Shown here piece after piece: positions 25,612 through 34,989 of a DNA stretch of 37,444 bases. The notes beneath the pieces were generated by a model. It did no database searches and was not told the origin of the DNA. It saw only the letters and a list, made by a program, of their open reading frames with translations. Position numbers and translations under genes: made by a program. Positions within the stretch are counted from its first letter, which is position 1, and every line of letters begins with the position of its first letter. Source of the stretch: Steroidobacteraceae bacterium (lineage in GTDB: Bacteria; Pseudomonadota; Gammaproteobacteria; Steroidobacterales; Steroidobacteraceae); the NCBI GenBank assembly GCA_036557045.1, contig DATBIF010000033.1:1-37444 (forward strand). Reading direction: 5' to 3'.

Positions 25612-27291
25612 TCATGCGGCGCGCGAGGCGTGCGACTTCCCATCTTCGAGCGCGCGCCGCAGGATCTTGCCGACATTGGTCTTGGGGAGCGACGCACGAA
25701 ACTCGATGTGCTTCGGCACCTTGTAGGCCGTCAGCCGCTCCCTGCAATGTTTCTCGAGCTCCTCGGCGGTGACGGTCATGCCCGGCCGTGTCACGACATA
25801 GATCTTGACCGCCTGGCCCGATCTCTCGTCCGGCACGCCGGCGCAGCCCACCTCGAGGACCGCCGGATGCTCGGCGACCACACTTTCGATCTCGTTCGGA
25901 AAGACCTTGAAGCCCGACACGATGATCATGTCCTTCTTGCGATCGACGATGCGCACGAACCCTTCGGCGTCCACCGTCGCGATGTCGCCGGTGTGCAGCC
26001 AGCCGTCCTCGGTCAGTGTCCGCGCCGTTTCATCCGGCCGGTTCCAATAGCCGCGCATCACCTGCGGGCCGCGCACGCACAGCTCACCGGCTTGTCCGGT
26101 CTCGACCTCGACATCGCCCTCGCGCACCGAGATCTCCGTCGACGGCAGCGGAATTCCGATCGTGCCAAGGCGCGACGCCTGGAAGGGGTTGACGGACACC
26201 ACGGGTGAGGTCTCGGTCAGGCCGTACCCCTCCACGAGAGGCTTGCCGGTGACCGACAGCCAGCGCTCGGCGACGGTCGGATGCAGGGCCATGCCTCCCG
26301 CCGCGCCCAGCTTCAGCTGGGTGAAGTCGAGCCTCGCGAAATCGGGGTGACCGAGCAGCGCGTTGTAGAGCGTGTTCACGCCGGTGATCATGGAAAAGCG
26401 CCACTTGCGCAGCTCGTGCACGAACGCGGGGATGTCGCGTGGATTGGTGATCAGCACGTTGAGGCCGCCGTGCTGCATGAAGACGAGGCAGTTACAGGTC
26501 AGGCAGAAGACATGATAGAGGGGGAGCGGCGTGATCACGGTCTCGCGTCCAGCCTCGATCAGATCCTTCCAGAACGCCGCGACCTGCAACAGGTTCGCCA
26601 CCATGTTGCGGTGGGTCAGCATCGCGCCCTTGGCAACGCCGGTCGTTCCACCCGTGTATTGCAGGAAGGCGAGGTCGTCCGCACTCAGGCGCGGGGGCTG
26701 GAACGGCAGGTGCGAGCCGAGCGCCAGAGCGTCGCGAAAAGCGATTGCTCGCTGCAGCTGGTAGGCAGGAACCATGCGCTTGATTCGCCGCACCACGAAA
26801 TTCACCGCCGCCCTCTTGGGGAACGGCGCCAGGTCGCCGACAGTGGTGACGATCACGTGCTCGACCTTGGTCTCTGCCTGCACTTCGGCGAACACGTGTG
26901 CAAAATTCTCGAGCACCACCAGCACCCGGGCACCTGAATCCTGCAACTGGTGGCGCAGCTCGCGCGGCGTGTACAGAGGATTGGTGTTCACCACCACGAG
27001 CCCCGCACGCAGCACTCCGAACAAGGCCACGGGGTACTGCAACAGGTTCGGCATCATCAGGGCCACCCGGTCGCCGCTCTCGAGTCCGAGCTGCAGGAGA
27101 TAGGCCGCGAATTGCCGCGACAGGCGCTCGACGTCGCTGAAGGTCAGCGTGACGCCGAGATTGTGATAAGCGGGTCGATCCGCGAAGCGCGTGCAGCTCT
27201 GCTCGAACAGCGCGACCAGCGATGGGTACGCATTCGAATCGATCTCCGCCGCCGTGCCGGGCGGATAGGCCTTGAGCCATACCTTATCCAT
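25612..27291 (-). CDS. fadD: long-chain-fatty-acid--CoA ligase
   Basis: 559 aa from [32 protein letters not shown] is nearly identical to the E. coli FadD AMP motif. GWLHTGD and [11 protein letters not shown] also present. The stop codon abuts the ALDH stop with no spacer. Confidence 0.9.
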   Translation of the reverse strand: MDKVWLKAYPPGTAAEIDSNAYPSLVALFEQSCTRFADRPAYHNLGVTLTFSDVERLSRQFAAYLLQLGLESGDRVALMMPNLLQYPVALFGVLRAGLVVVNTNPLYTPRELRHQLQDSGARVLVVLENFAHVFAEVQAETKVEHVIVTTVGDLAPFPKRAAVNFVVRRIKRMVPAYQLQRAIAFRDALALGSHLPFQPPRLSADDLAFLQYTGGTTGVAKGAMLTHRNMVANLLQVAAFWKDLIEAGRETVITPLPLYHVFCLTCNCLVFMQHGGLNVLITNPRDIPAFVHELRKWRFSMITGVNTLYNALLGHPDFARLDFTQLKLGAAGGMALHPTVAERWLSVTGKPLVEGYGLTETSPVVSVNPFQASRLGTIGIPLPSTEISVREGDVEVETGQAGELCVRGPQVMRGYWNRPDETARTLTEDGWLHTGDIATVDAEGFVRIVDRKKDMIIVSGFKVFPNEIESVVAEHPAVLEVGCAGVPDERSGQAVKIYVVTRPGMTVTAEELEKHCRERLTAYKVPKHIEFRASLPKTNVGKILRRALEDGKSHASRAA

Positions 27292-27366
27292 TGTCGTCCC
27301 CCGTTCGAGACCCGCCCCTGTGCCACTATAGCGATCCGGCCGGAAATTTCTGGAGGTAAAGTACCT

Positions 27367-27996
27367 ATGGACTCCAAGCCAGCCAGCCTCCCGCAGGCCC
27401 TGCTCGACGCAGCCGACATCGTCGCCGTAACGCAGCTCGTGCTCGCGGAACGCGAGAGCCGCGATCTCGGGCGCTGGGAGCAGATGCGTGACTGCTTCCA
27501 TCCCGACTCGCAGGTGCGCGTCAGCTGGTTCAGCGGCACCGGCAATGACTTCGTCGACGGCTCGATCGACATGGCGCGCCGCAACGTGCTCGCCAGGCAC
27601 CGGCTCGGGCCCGTGCGCGTCCGCCTCAACGGCGATCGCGCGCTCGCGAGCCTGTCGGGGATCATCGATATTCCGGCGAAGCTGCTCGGGGTCGAAGTGC
27701 AGCTCTCGAGCTACGTGCGCTTCCTGTACCGCGCGGAGCGGCGCGCGGGGCGCTGGCGCATCGTCAGCCTCGACGCGATCTATGTCCGCGACGAGTTCAC
27801 GACCGCGATCCCCGGCCTGTCGCTCCCGGTCCAGCCCGCCGACCTCGCCGGATTTCGCCCGACGTATCGGATGCTGTCGTACCTGCTGCGTAGCCAGGGA
27901 TACCAAGTCAATTCGAACCTCCCCGGCGAAGATCGGCCCGAAACCGTTGCGGCGCTCGAGCGCGAGATCCGCGACTGGGCACGGATCGAGATCTGA
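27367..27996 (+). CDS. SnoaL/NTF2-like fold protein (function unknown)
   Basis: 209 aa. GGAGG SD upstream of the ATG at 27367. Length and pattern ([14 protein letters not shown]...) suggest an NTF2-like family. The assignment is tentative. Confidence 0.5.
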   Translation: MDSKPASLPQALLDAADIVAVTQLVLAERESRDLGRWEQMRDCFHPDSQVRVSWFSGTGNDFVDGSIDMARRNVLARHRLGPVRVRLNGDRALASLSGIIDIPAKLLGVEVQLSSYVRFLYRAERRAGRWRIVSLDAIYVRDEFTTAIPGLSLPVQPADLAGFRPTYRMLSYLLRSQGYQVNSNLPGEDRPETVAALEREIRDWARIEI

Positions 27997-28002
27997 CTAC
28001 GT

Positions 28003-28257
28003 CTATCCGCGCGCTGCGAGCTTGCTCTGCACATAGCCGCAGGCCCCGGCAAGACTCGCGAGCTGTGCATAGTCGCGTTCCGCGACGTCGATGCCGAACT
28101 CGCGGCTGATGGCGATCGCAAAGTGCAGGGTATCCATGGAATCGAAATCGAATTGATCGCTCAGCCTGAGCTCGGGCACGACTGTCGCCGGATCGATGTC
28201 GGGCGCGACGTCGGTGAGAAGGGCCAGCAGTCGGTCGGCGATTTCCTTGTTTTCCAT
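28003..28257 (-). CDS. stand-alone acyl carrier protein (phosphopantetheine-binding)
   Basis: 84 aa, acidic. DFDSMDTLHFAIAI contains the carrier-protein Ser motif. GGGAG SD. Lies 23 nt downstream of E2. Confidence 0.8.
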   Translation of the reverse strand: MENKEIADRLLALLTDVAPDIDPATVVPELRLSDQFDFDSMDTLHFAIAISREFGIDVAERDYAQLASLAGACGYVQSKLAARG

Positions 28258-28280
28258 GGTCGGGACTCCCGCAGCGCCTC

Positions 28281-29447
28281 TCAGAGCTTCGCGGGGTCGG
28301 CCAGGAGCTCGCCGATACGGCGCAGGAACCGTGAGCCCGCGCGGCCGTCCGTGACGCGGTGATCGCCGGCGAGCGTCAGCGTCAGTGCGGGACGGACGCA
28401 GAGCACGCCATCGCGTACCCACGGGCGCTCGGCAATCGCACCGGCGCCGACGATCGCGACCTGCGGCGGATTGATCACGGGAAAGAGAAGCTCCACCGCC
28501 TCGGAGCCCAGATTCGTGACCGTGATCGTGGCCGAAGCCAGCTCGCTGGAACGCATGTGGCCGCCGCGCACCCGCGTCACGAGATCGCTGAACTCGCGCA
28601 TCAGGGTCTTCACATCCTTGTGATTTGCATCGAGCAGCGCGGGGGCGACGAGCCCTCCACCGCGCAGCGCGATGGCGGCGCCGACGTGTACGGCCTCGGA
28701 CCGCTGGAACTGCCCGTCCAGAAAATGGCCGTTGAAGCCCTCGATCTCGGACACTGCGCGGGCGACGGCTTTGATCAGCAGCACCCCGTCGATCAGCCGT
28801 TCGTCCACCGGCACGCTCGCGTTGAAGCCGCTCAACCAGTCGCGCGCTGCACTGAAGTCGACGCTGTGCGCGAGGTAGTAGTGCGGAATCTCGCGCTTGG
28901 AGCGGGCCATCGCGGCGCCAATCGTGGCGCGCATACCGGTGCGCTGCGGTTTCTGCAGCGCTGGCTCAGCAAGCCGCTCCACGTCCTCGAGGCGCACCAA
29001 TCCCTCCGGACCGCGGCCCGCGACACTCGCAAGATCGATGCTGAGCTCATGTGCGCGGCGGCGCGCGGCCGGCGAGATGCGGCGCCGGGATGCAACCGCC
29101 CCTGGCGCCGCTGCTGTCGACGGCACTGCGGGACTGGCGCTCGGCGGACTCGTCGGTGCCGGCGGTCGTTCCGGGGCGGCAGGAAGGCCTGCGGGCACCG
29201 CACTCGCCGAGTCGCTGGCGATTCGCGCCAGCACCGCGCCGACCGGCACCGTCGCGCCGGGTTGCGCGACCAGTTCCTCGAGCACGCCGTCGTCAAAGGC
29301 TTCGATGTCGATGAGCCCCTTGGTAGTCTCGACGACGGCGACCGCATCGCCACGGCGCACGCGCTCGCCGGGCTTCTTCAGCCACTGCGTGAGCGTGCCG
29401 CTCTCCATGTCGGCGCCGAGCGCCGGCATCCGAAAGTCGATGCGCAT
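28281..29447 (-). CDS. dihydrolipoamide acyltransferase (E2) of a 2-oxoacid dehydrogenase complex
   Basis: Lipoyl domain (MPALGADMESGTL...VETTKG), Ala/Pro linker, E3/E1-binding-like ISPAARRRAHELSIDL, catalytic GDHRVTDG. The start ATG shares 1 nt with the E1beta stop. Confidence 0.9.
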   Translation of the reverse strand: MRIDFRMPALGADMESGTLTQWLKKPGERVRRGDAVAVVETTKGLIDIEAFDDGVLEELVAQPGATVPVGAVLARIASDSASAVPAGLPAAPERPPAPTSPPSASPAVPSTAAAPGAVASRRRISPAARRRAHELSIDLASVAGRGPEGLVRLEDVERLAEPALQKPQRTGMRATIGAAMARSKREIPHYYLAHSVDFSAARDWLSGFNASVPVDERLIDGVLLIKAVARAVSEIEGFNGHFLDGQFQRSEAVHVGAAIALRGGGLVAPALLDANHKDVKTLMREFSDLVTRVRGGHMRSSELASATITVTNLGSEAVELLFPVINPPQVAIVGAGAIAERPWVRDGVLCVRPALTLTLAGDHRVTDGRAGSRFLRRIGELLADPAKL

Positions 29448-30439
29448 CAGCCGATCAGCCCTCGTACCGTGGATACGATCCGTCCGGGACTCGGGAGGGC
29501 AGCTTCCTCGAGATGGCGCGCATAGGGAAGCGGCACCTCGGCCGTGCACACGCGCGCCGGCGGCGCATCGAGATCGTAGAACGCCTGTTCGACGATGCGC
29601 ATGCCGATCTCGGCCGCGAGGCTTCCGCTGCGCCAGCCTTCATCGACGATCACCGCGCGGCGCGTGCGCCGGACCGAGCCCATCACCGTCGCATCATCGA
29701 GCGGTCGCAGCGTTCGCAGGTCGATCACTTCCGCCTCGATACCCGCGAGCGCAAGCTCCTGCGCTGCAGCCAGGCACTTGTGAAGGCTGCCGCCATAGGT
29801 GATCAGTGTGACATCGCGACCGGGCCGCCGCACGCTGGCGCGCCCGATCTCGACCGGGCCGATTCCTGGTGTGAGATCGCCTTCCAGGTTGTAGAGCGAA
29901 ATGTGCTCGAAGATCAGGGTCGGGTCGGGGCAGGCGAGGGCAGCGGCGAGCATGCCGCGCGCATCGTCGATCGTCGCCGGGGCGAGGATCCGCAGACCCG
30001 GGATGTGCGCGTACCAGCCCTCGAGACTGTGCGAGTGCTGAGCGGCGAGCTGCCTGCCGGCGCCCGTCGCCATGCGGATCACGAGCGGCACGTGGAACTG
30101 GCCGCCGGACATGTGACAGAGCGTCGCGGCGTTGTTCACGATCTGGTCGAGCGCAAGCAGGCTGAAATTCACCGTCATGATCTCGACGATGGGCCGCAGG
30201 CCACCCAGCGCGGCGCCGATGCCTGCACCGACGAAGGCGGACTCGGACAGCGGCGTGTCGCGGATGCGCTCGGGACCGAATTCTGCGAGCAGCCCCTTGG
30301 TGACGGCGAAGGAGCCGCCGTAGCGACCGACGTCCTCGCCCATCAGAAACACGCGCGGGTCGGCCTGCAGCGCGGCGCGAAGTGACTGCCGCACGGCCTC
30401 GCGATACGTGATGCGCGTCGCGGATGCGGCCGCATTCAT
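29447..30439 (-). CDS. 2-oxoacid dehydrogenase E1 component beta subunit
   Basis: 330 aa from [27 protein letters not shown] and a transketolase-like C-terminal domain. ATGA overlap with E1alpha (30436-30439). Confidence 0.9.
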   Translation of the reverse strand: MNAAASATRITYREAVRQSLRAALQADPRVFLMGEDVGRYGGSFAVTKGLLAEFGPERIRDTPLSESAFVGAGIGAALGGLRPIVEIMTVNFSLLALDQIVNNAATLCHMSGGQFHVPLVIRMATGAGRQLAAQHSHSLEGWYAHIPGLRILAPATIDDARGMLAAALACPDPTLIFEHISLYNLEGDLTPGIGPVEIGRASVRRPGRDVTLITYGGSLHKCLAAAQELALAGIEAEVIDLRTLRPLDDATVMGSVRRTRRAVIVDEGWRSGSLAAEIGMRIVEQAFYDLDAPPARVCTAEVPLPYARHLEEAALPSPGRIVSTVRGLIG

Positions 30440-31425
30440 CGGGCGTGCTCCGCATGGACGAACCGTTCGAGCTCCTCGACCGGCTCCCAGTCGGACTGCT
30501 CGGCGAAGCTCACGGCCGCTTCCACTTCCGCCCGGGCTTCGGCCTCGAGACGCTGGTAGTCGTCCTCGCTCATGAGGCTTGCGGCCTTGAGCCGCGTCGT
30601 GAGCGTGATGATCGGTCCCTTCTTCTGCCATGCCTCGACCTCGGCCCGGTCGCGATAGAGCTGTGCGTCGAACATCGAATGGGCGCGGAACCGGTAGGTG
30701 CGCAGCTCGAGCAGCACCGGTCCTGCGCCGTCGCGAATGCGAGCCACCGCCGCGCGCGCCGCCGCTTCGACGGCGAGCACGTCCATGCCGTCCACCGGCA
30801 GTGCGTGCACCCGGTAGCTGCGCGCCTTGAGGTGAATGTCAGTCTCGGATTCGGACCGGGCGAGCGCCGTGCCCATGGCGTAGAGATTGTTTTCGCACAG
30901 AAACAGGACCGGCAGCTGCCAGAGCGCGGCGAGATTCAGCGACTCGTGGAATTCGCCTTCGGCCACGGCGCCCTCGCCGAAGAAACACGCCGCAATGTGC
31001 GCTCGGCCCTGCAGCTTTTCTGCGAGTGCGAGCCCGACGGCGAGAGGCAGACCGCCCCCCACGATCGCGTTGCCCCCGTAGAAGCGCGTCGCCGCATCGA
31101 AGATGTGCATCGAGCCCCCGCGCCCGCGGCTCGTGCCGCTGCGCTTGCCGAGGAGCTCGGCCATGATCGCCGGCATCGAGATGCCGCGGGCGAGCGCATG
31201 GCCATGTTCGCGGTAGGTCGACACGACGGCGTCCTCGGGAGCGAGGGCCTGCATGACACCCACCGCGACCGCCTCCTCACCGTTGCACAGGTGCAGGAAG
31301 CCGCTGATCTTCTGCTCGCCGTAGAGCTGCACACAACGATCCTCGAAGCAGCGGATGCGCAGCATCGCGCGGAGCAAATCGAGACCGTGCTCCCGGCGCA
31401 GGCCCGCGGGCGGCGCAGCGCTCAC
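30436..31425 (-). CDS. 2-oxoacid dehydrogenase E1 component alpha subunit (TPP-dependent)
   Basis: 329 aa. The TPP motif reads [36 protein letters not shown] start overlaps the ligase stop (GTGA, 31422-31425). Confidence 0.9.
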   Translation of the reverse strand: MSAAPPAGLRREHGLDLLRAMLRIRCFEDRCVQLYGEQKISGFLHLCNGEEAVAVGVMQALAPEDAVVSTYREHGHALARGISMPAIMAELLGKRSGTSRGRGGSMHIFDAATRFYGGNAIVGGGLPLAVGLALAEKLQGRAHIAACFFGEGAVAEGEFHESLNLAALWQLPVLFLCENNLYAMGTALARSESETDIHLKARSYRVHALPVDGMDVLAVEAAARAAVARIRDGAGPVLLELRTYRFRAHSMFDAQLYRDRAEVEAWQKKGPIITLTTRLKAASLMSEDDYQRLEAEARAEVEAAVSFAEQSDWEPVEELERFVHAEHAR

Positions 31426-33227
31426 GAAGTGCCCTCGAGCGTGGAAAGATCGCCTTCGGGCAGGCCCAGCTCGCGCGCACGCAGGAGACGCCGCATGATC
31501 TTGCCGCTGCGCGTGCGCGGCAGACTGTCGAGAAAGGCAATCTCGCGTGGGGCCAGCGCCGTGCCGAGGAGCTTGCGCGCATAGGCCATGAGCTCGCGAT
31601 GCAGCGCTTCGCCAGGCGTGGCACCGCTTCTCAGTTCGACAAAGGCCTTGACCGATTGGCCGGCGACTGGATCGGGCAAGCCGATCACGCCCACCTGGGC
31701 CACGGCGGGGTGCGTCATGAGCGCGCTTTCGACCTCGAAGGGACTGATGAGATGACCCGCGGCCTTGATCACATCGTCGGCGCGGCCCACGAACCAGAAG
31801 TAGCCGTCGCGGTCACGCCTCGCCAGGTCACCGGAGAGATACCAGCCGTCGACGAAAGCAGCGCGATAGCGTGCCTCCTCGCCAAGATAGCCGCGGAACA
31901 TCGAGGGCCAGCCCGGACGCAGCGCGATCTCACCGACCTCGTCCGGTGAATCGATGATCTCGAGGTGACCATCGGCGCGACGACGCACGACCCGTGCCTC
32001 CACCCCGGGAAACGCCAGGCCCATCGAGCCCGGACGCACTTCGCAAGACGCGAAGTTCGCCAGCATGATTGCGCCGGTCTCGGTCTGCCACCAGGTGTCG
32101 TGGAAGGGCAGGTCGAAGGCCTCCATGCCCCAGACGACGGCTTCGCCGTTGAGCGGCTCACCCACGCTCGCCATGAAGCGCAGCTCAGGATAGGTGCGCG
32201 TGCGCGCGAGCGATGTCCCGGCTTTCATCAGCATGCGGATCGCCGTCGGCGCCGTGTACCACACCGTCACCTTCTCCCTTGCGAGCAGTTCATACCAGCG
32301 CTCCGGATCGAATTCCTCGCGGTCGACGATCATGGTCACGCCGCGCGTGAGCGGTCCGATCAGACCGTAGGAAATTCCCGTGACCCAGCCGGGATCCGCC
32401 GTACACCAGAAAACGTCCTCGGGATGCAGGTCGAGTGCGAGCTTGGCGGTCGCGTGATGGGCGACCACGGCGCTGTGCGCGTGCAGGACGCCCTTCGGTT
32501 TGCCGGTCGTGCCGCTCGTGAAGTGCAACAGCGCGACGTCATCGGCGCGCGTTGCCGCAACGGTGAATTCCTCGGGCGCCAGCGCCATGAGCTGTGCGAG
32601 GTCCAGCGTATCCGCCGGCAGCTCGGTACGCGGATCGTCGCGAACGATGAGCACGTGGCGCAGCTCCGCCAGGCTCGTACGGATGGCCGCCACCTTGCGT
32701 CGATAGAACGTGTCGCTCGTCACCAGCACGCGAACCCGGCCGATCTGCAGACGTGTCTTCAGGGGCTCGGGACCGAAAGCGGAAAACAGCGGACCGTAGA
32801 TGGCGCCGAGCTTCAGCGTCCCGAGCGCGGTGAGATAGAGTTCCGGGACACGTCCCAGCAGTGTCGCGACGCACTCGCCCTGACACACGCCCAATCCCAT
32901 GAGCACGTGAGCGAGCCGGTTGCTCGCCGCGCGCAGGTCCGCATAGGTCACATCGTGCCGTGCCCAGTTGCGGTCGACGAAGCGCGCCGCGAGATGAGCG
33001 CCGCGGCCGTTCAGGACGTGTCGGTCCACGGCTTCGTGCGCGATGTTCAGGCGGGTCGCGGCGGCCGGCGAGAGCTCTCGCTGCGCCGCCTCCCAGGTGA
33101 AGGAGTCGCGGGCCTGTGCATAGCTCGCCAGGTAAGGCGCCAGGCGCTCGCCGCGCAGGGGCTTGCAGATGGGTGCGAACGACAGCGACGGCTCGGGCTC
33201 TGTCGACATGACCGCGGCAGTCTGCAC
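31422..33227 (-). CDS. Acs-family AMP-forming acyl-CoA/acyl-carrier ligase
   Basis: [24 protein letters not shown] and C-terminal [15 protein letters not shown] are acetyl/short-medium acyl-CoA synthetase hallmarks. Start is either GTG 33227 or ATG 33209. Confidence 0.85.
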   Translation of the reverse strand: MQTAAVMSTEPEPSLSFAPICKPLRGERLAPYLASYAQARDSFTWEAAQRELSPAAATRLNIAHEAVDRHVLNGRGAHLAARFVDRNWARHDVTYADLRAASNRLAHVLMGLGVCQGECVATLLGRVPELYLTALGTLKLGAIYGPLFSAFGPEPLKTRLQIGRVRVLVTSDTFYRRKVAAIRTSLAELRHVLIVRDDPRTELPADTLDLAQLMALAPEEFTVAATRADDVALLHFTSGTTGKPKGVLHAHSAVVAHHATAKLALDLHPEDVFWCTADPGWVTGISYGLIGPLTRGVTMIVDREEFDPERWYELLAREKVTVWYTAPTAIRMLMKAGTSLARTRTYPELRFMASVGEPLNGEAVVWGMEAFDLPFHDTWWQTETGAIMLANFASCEVRPGSMGLAFPGVEARVVRRRADGHLEIIDSPDEVGEIALRPGWPSMFRGYLGEEARYRAAFVDGWYLSGDLARRDRDGYFWFVGRADDVIKAAGHLISPFEVESALMTHPAVAQVGVIGLPDPVAGQSVKAFVELRSGATPGEALHRELMAYARKLLGTALAPREIAFLDSLPRTRSGKIMRRLLRARELGLPEGDLSTLEGTS

Positions 33228-33278
33228 CGACAGCCGCAGCTGACAATGCGTACTCTCCGCAATGAAATCTCGCCGGTG

Positions 33279-34058
33279 CTATGGACCGGGCCGACCTGCA
33301 ATGCAGACGTACAAGCCGACAGCAATCACCAAAGCACCGAAAATGCGCGCGAGCAGGTGCTTGTTGGCGGCCACGCGGGCGGCTAATCGAGAACCAAAGA
33401 CGCCTCCGATGACGCCACCCAGTATGAATAGAGCGGCGAGCTTCCAGTTCACGAGGCCGGCAAACGCGTAACTGGCGGCAGTGGTCAGACCGAATGCCGC
33501 TACTGCGACGAGTGAAGACGTCACCGCCATGAGCATCGGCATCCCGGTTGCGAGAATGAGAGCCGGCACGATCAGAAATCCACCGCCGATGCCGAAGAAG
33601 CCCGATACGGCGCCGGTACTGACCCCGAGACCGACCAGTCGCGGAGCCAGGTGCGACGCCGACTGCCGGTCGAGATGAACCTGCGGATTGCCCTCCGTGG
33701 CGCGGGGTCTGAACATGAGGATACCGACCACGATCATCAGCAGGCCGAACATCGCCAGCAGGTAATCACCGTTCGTGTGCTTACCCAGCGCGGCACCCGC
33801 TGCGGCGCCTGCAACTCCGCTGCCGGCAAAGAGTGCGGCGCATCTCCACTTGATCACGTTGCGCCGTGCCACGAGTGCGAGGTTGGCGAGGGCGTTCGCG
33901 GTGACGGCGACTGCCGTCGTGCCGATAGCCACGTGCGGAGAGCTCACGCCCAGCACGTGCATCATGAGTGGCACAGCGAGAATCGAACCGCCTCCGCCGA
34001 CGAGACTGAGAGTCACTCCGACGGAGGCGCCACTCAAGAGAGTCAGGAGCCACGCCAT
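33279..34058 (-). CDS. TauE/SafE-family sulfite/anion exporter
   Basis: 259 aa, polytopic. N-terminal LVGGGGSILAVPLM motif and an internal repeat (FFGIGGGFLIVP). Confidence 0.85.
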   Translation of the reverse strand: MAWLLTLLSGASVGVTLSLVGGGGSILAVPLMMHVLGVSSPHVAIGTTAVAVTANALANLALVARRNVIKWRCAALFAGSGVAGAAAGAALGKHTNGDYLLAMFGLLMIVVGILMFRPRATEGNPQVHLDRQSASHLAPRLVGLGVSTGAVSGFFGIGGGFLIVPALILATGMPMLMAVTSSLVAVAAFGLTTAASYAFAGLVNWKLAALFILGGVIGGVFGSRLAARVAANKHLLARIFGALVIAVGLYVCIAGRPGP

Positions 34059-34062
34059 CAGG

Positions 34063-34584
34063 CTAGCTCATGGCACGCCGGTTCCACGGCAGCCGTCGCA
34101 GTACCGCCGCCAATCCACACAACCCGGTTGCGCCCGCGAAGATGAGACCGGCGCCTACGAAAGCGGATAGAGCGTAAAACCACGGCGAGACCGTGATTCC
34201 CAGCGCGACGCCGACAAGCACTGCGCTGCCAGCCGCCAGCTGCACCTGGCGCATCAGCTCGAGCGGTTGGCCGTGGTCGATGCTGACCGGAAGACCGGCC
34301 TTCTTCCACGCGTCCAGCCCTCCTTCCAGCAGATACCCTTCACTGGCAACCGCACGCGCGAGCCGGTCGGCGTGCGTCCGGGTCCGTACGCCGGAGCGGC
34401 AATGAAAAATCACCTGCGAGGCATTGCCGACGCTCCAGGCGCCCGGCGCTGAAGAGACCGGGTGCGACCTGGCCTGCGCGATATGCTCGCGCGCGTATTC
34501 GTCCGGCTCGCGGATATCGATGAGCAGTGCGCCGGCGTCGATGAGACGTTTGGCATCGTGGACAGAAATTGAACGAAGTGACAT
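34063..34584 (-). CDS. YgaP-like membrane rhodanese (sulfurtransferase with C-terminal TM hairpin)
   Basis: Rhodanese active-site loop FHCRSGVRT, then two C-terminal hydrophobic helices. AGGAGG SD overlaps the ArsR stop. Confidence 0.85.
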   Translation of the reverse strand: MSLRSISVHDAKRLIDAGALLIDIREPDEYAREHIAQARSHPVSSAPGAWSVGNASQVIFHCRSGVRTRTHADRLARAVASEGYLLEGGLDAWKKAGLPVSIDHGQPLELMRQVQLAAGSAVLVGVALGITVSPWFYALSAFVGAGLIFAGATGLCGLAAVLRRLPWNRRAMS

Positions 34585-34593
34585 GCGGACCTC

Positions 34594-34905
34594 CTAGGAG
34601 CAGTAGATGTCCTTGAGCAGCGCGACGACCCGTTCCAGTTTCGGATCGGCGATTCGATAGATGATGGACTGCGCCTCGCGGCGGCTCTCCAGCAGTCCTT
34701 CCTCGCGCATGCGCGCGAGATGCTGCGAGGTCGCCGAAGGACTCAGCTCGACGGCTTGCGCGAGCTCACCTGCGCTGGACTCCCCGGCTCCAATCAGCGT
34801 GCACAGAATCAGCAGCCGCCGGTCGTTCCCCAGCGAGCGCAGCAGCGCGGACGCCTGGTCGGCACTCGCCTTCATCTTCAGCAGATCGCGTTTGCTCAGT
34901 GACAT
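34594..34905 (-). CDS. ArsR/SmtB-family repressor of the BigR/YgaV/SqrR (persulfide-sensing) type
   Basis: 103 aa. wHTH (ELAQAVELSPSATSQHLARMREEGLL). Cys35 (LILCTL) and Cys102 (DIYCS) have spacing like the BigR/SqrR redox pair. Confidence 0.85.
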   Translation of the reverse strand: MSLSKRDLLKMKASADQASALLRSLGNDRRLLILCTLIGAGESSAGELAQAVELSPSATSQHLARMREEGLLESRREAQSIIYRIADPKLERVVALLKDIYCS

Positions 34906-34920
34906 TGGCTTTCGTGGACT

Positions 34921-34954
34921 AATTTAGTTGCGTCTAAATTTAGCAAACGCTAAA
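34921..34954. promoter_or_regulatory. two overlapping operator-like palindromes in the arsR / MBL divergent region
   Basis: AATTTAG-N6-CTAAATT (34921-34940) and TTTAGC-N4-GCTAAA (34939-34954). This is the most AT-rich stretch of the window, between divergent starts at 34905 and 34990. Confidence 0.55.
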
Positions 34955-34989
34955 ATACGCGTCAACTGTTATTCCTGGGTTGCAAGCAA

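Noticed and set aside
6502-27366. The heptamer GGATCGC recurs (gene-strand orientation) in the upstream regions of the ElaB-like gene, the phasin and fadD.
   Set aside because: It is GC-rich. A rough composition-based estimate predicts several chance occurrences in 37 kb, and the distances to the start codons are inconsistent.
28262-28270. GGGACTCCC palindrome considered as a DosR-like GGGAC half-site.
   Set aside because: It lies in the 23-nt E2-ACP spacer and coincides with the ACP Shine-Dalgarno (GGGAG on the gene strand). It lacks the full DosR-box structure.
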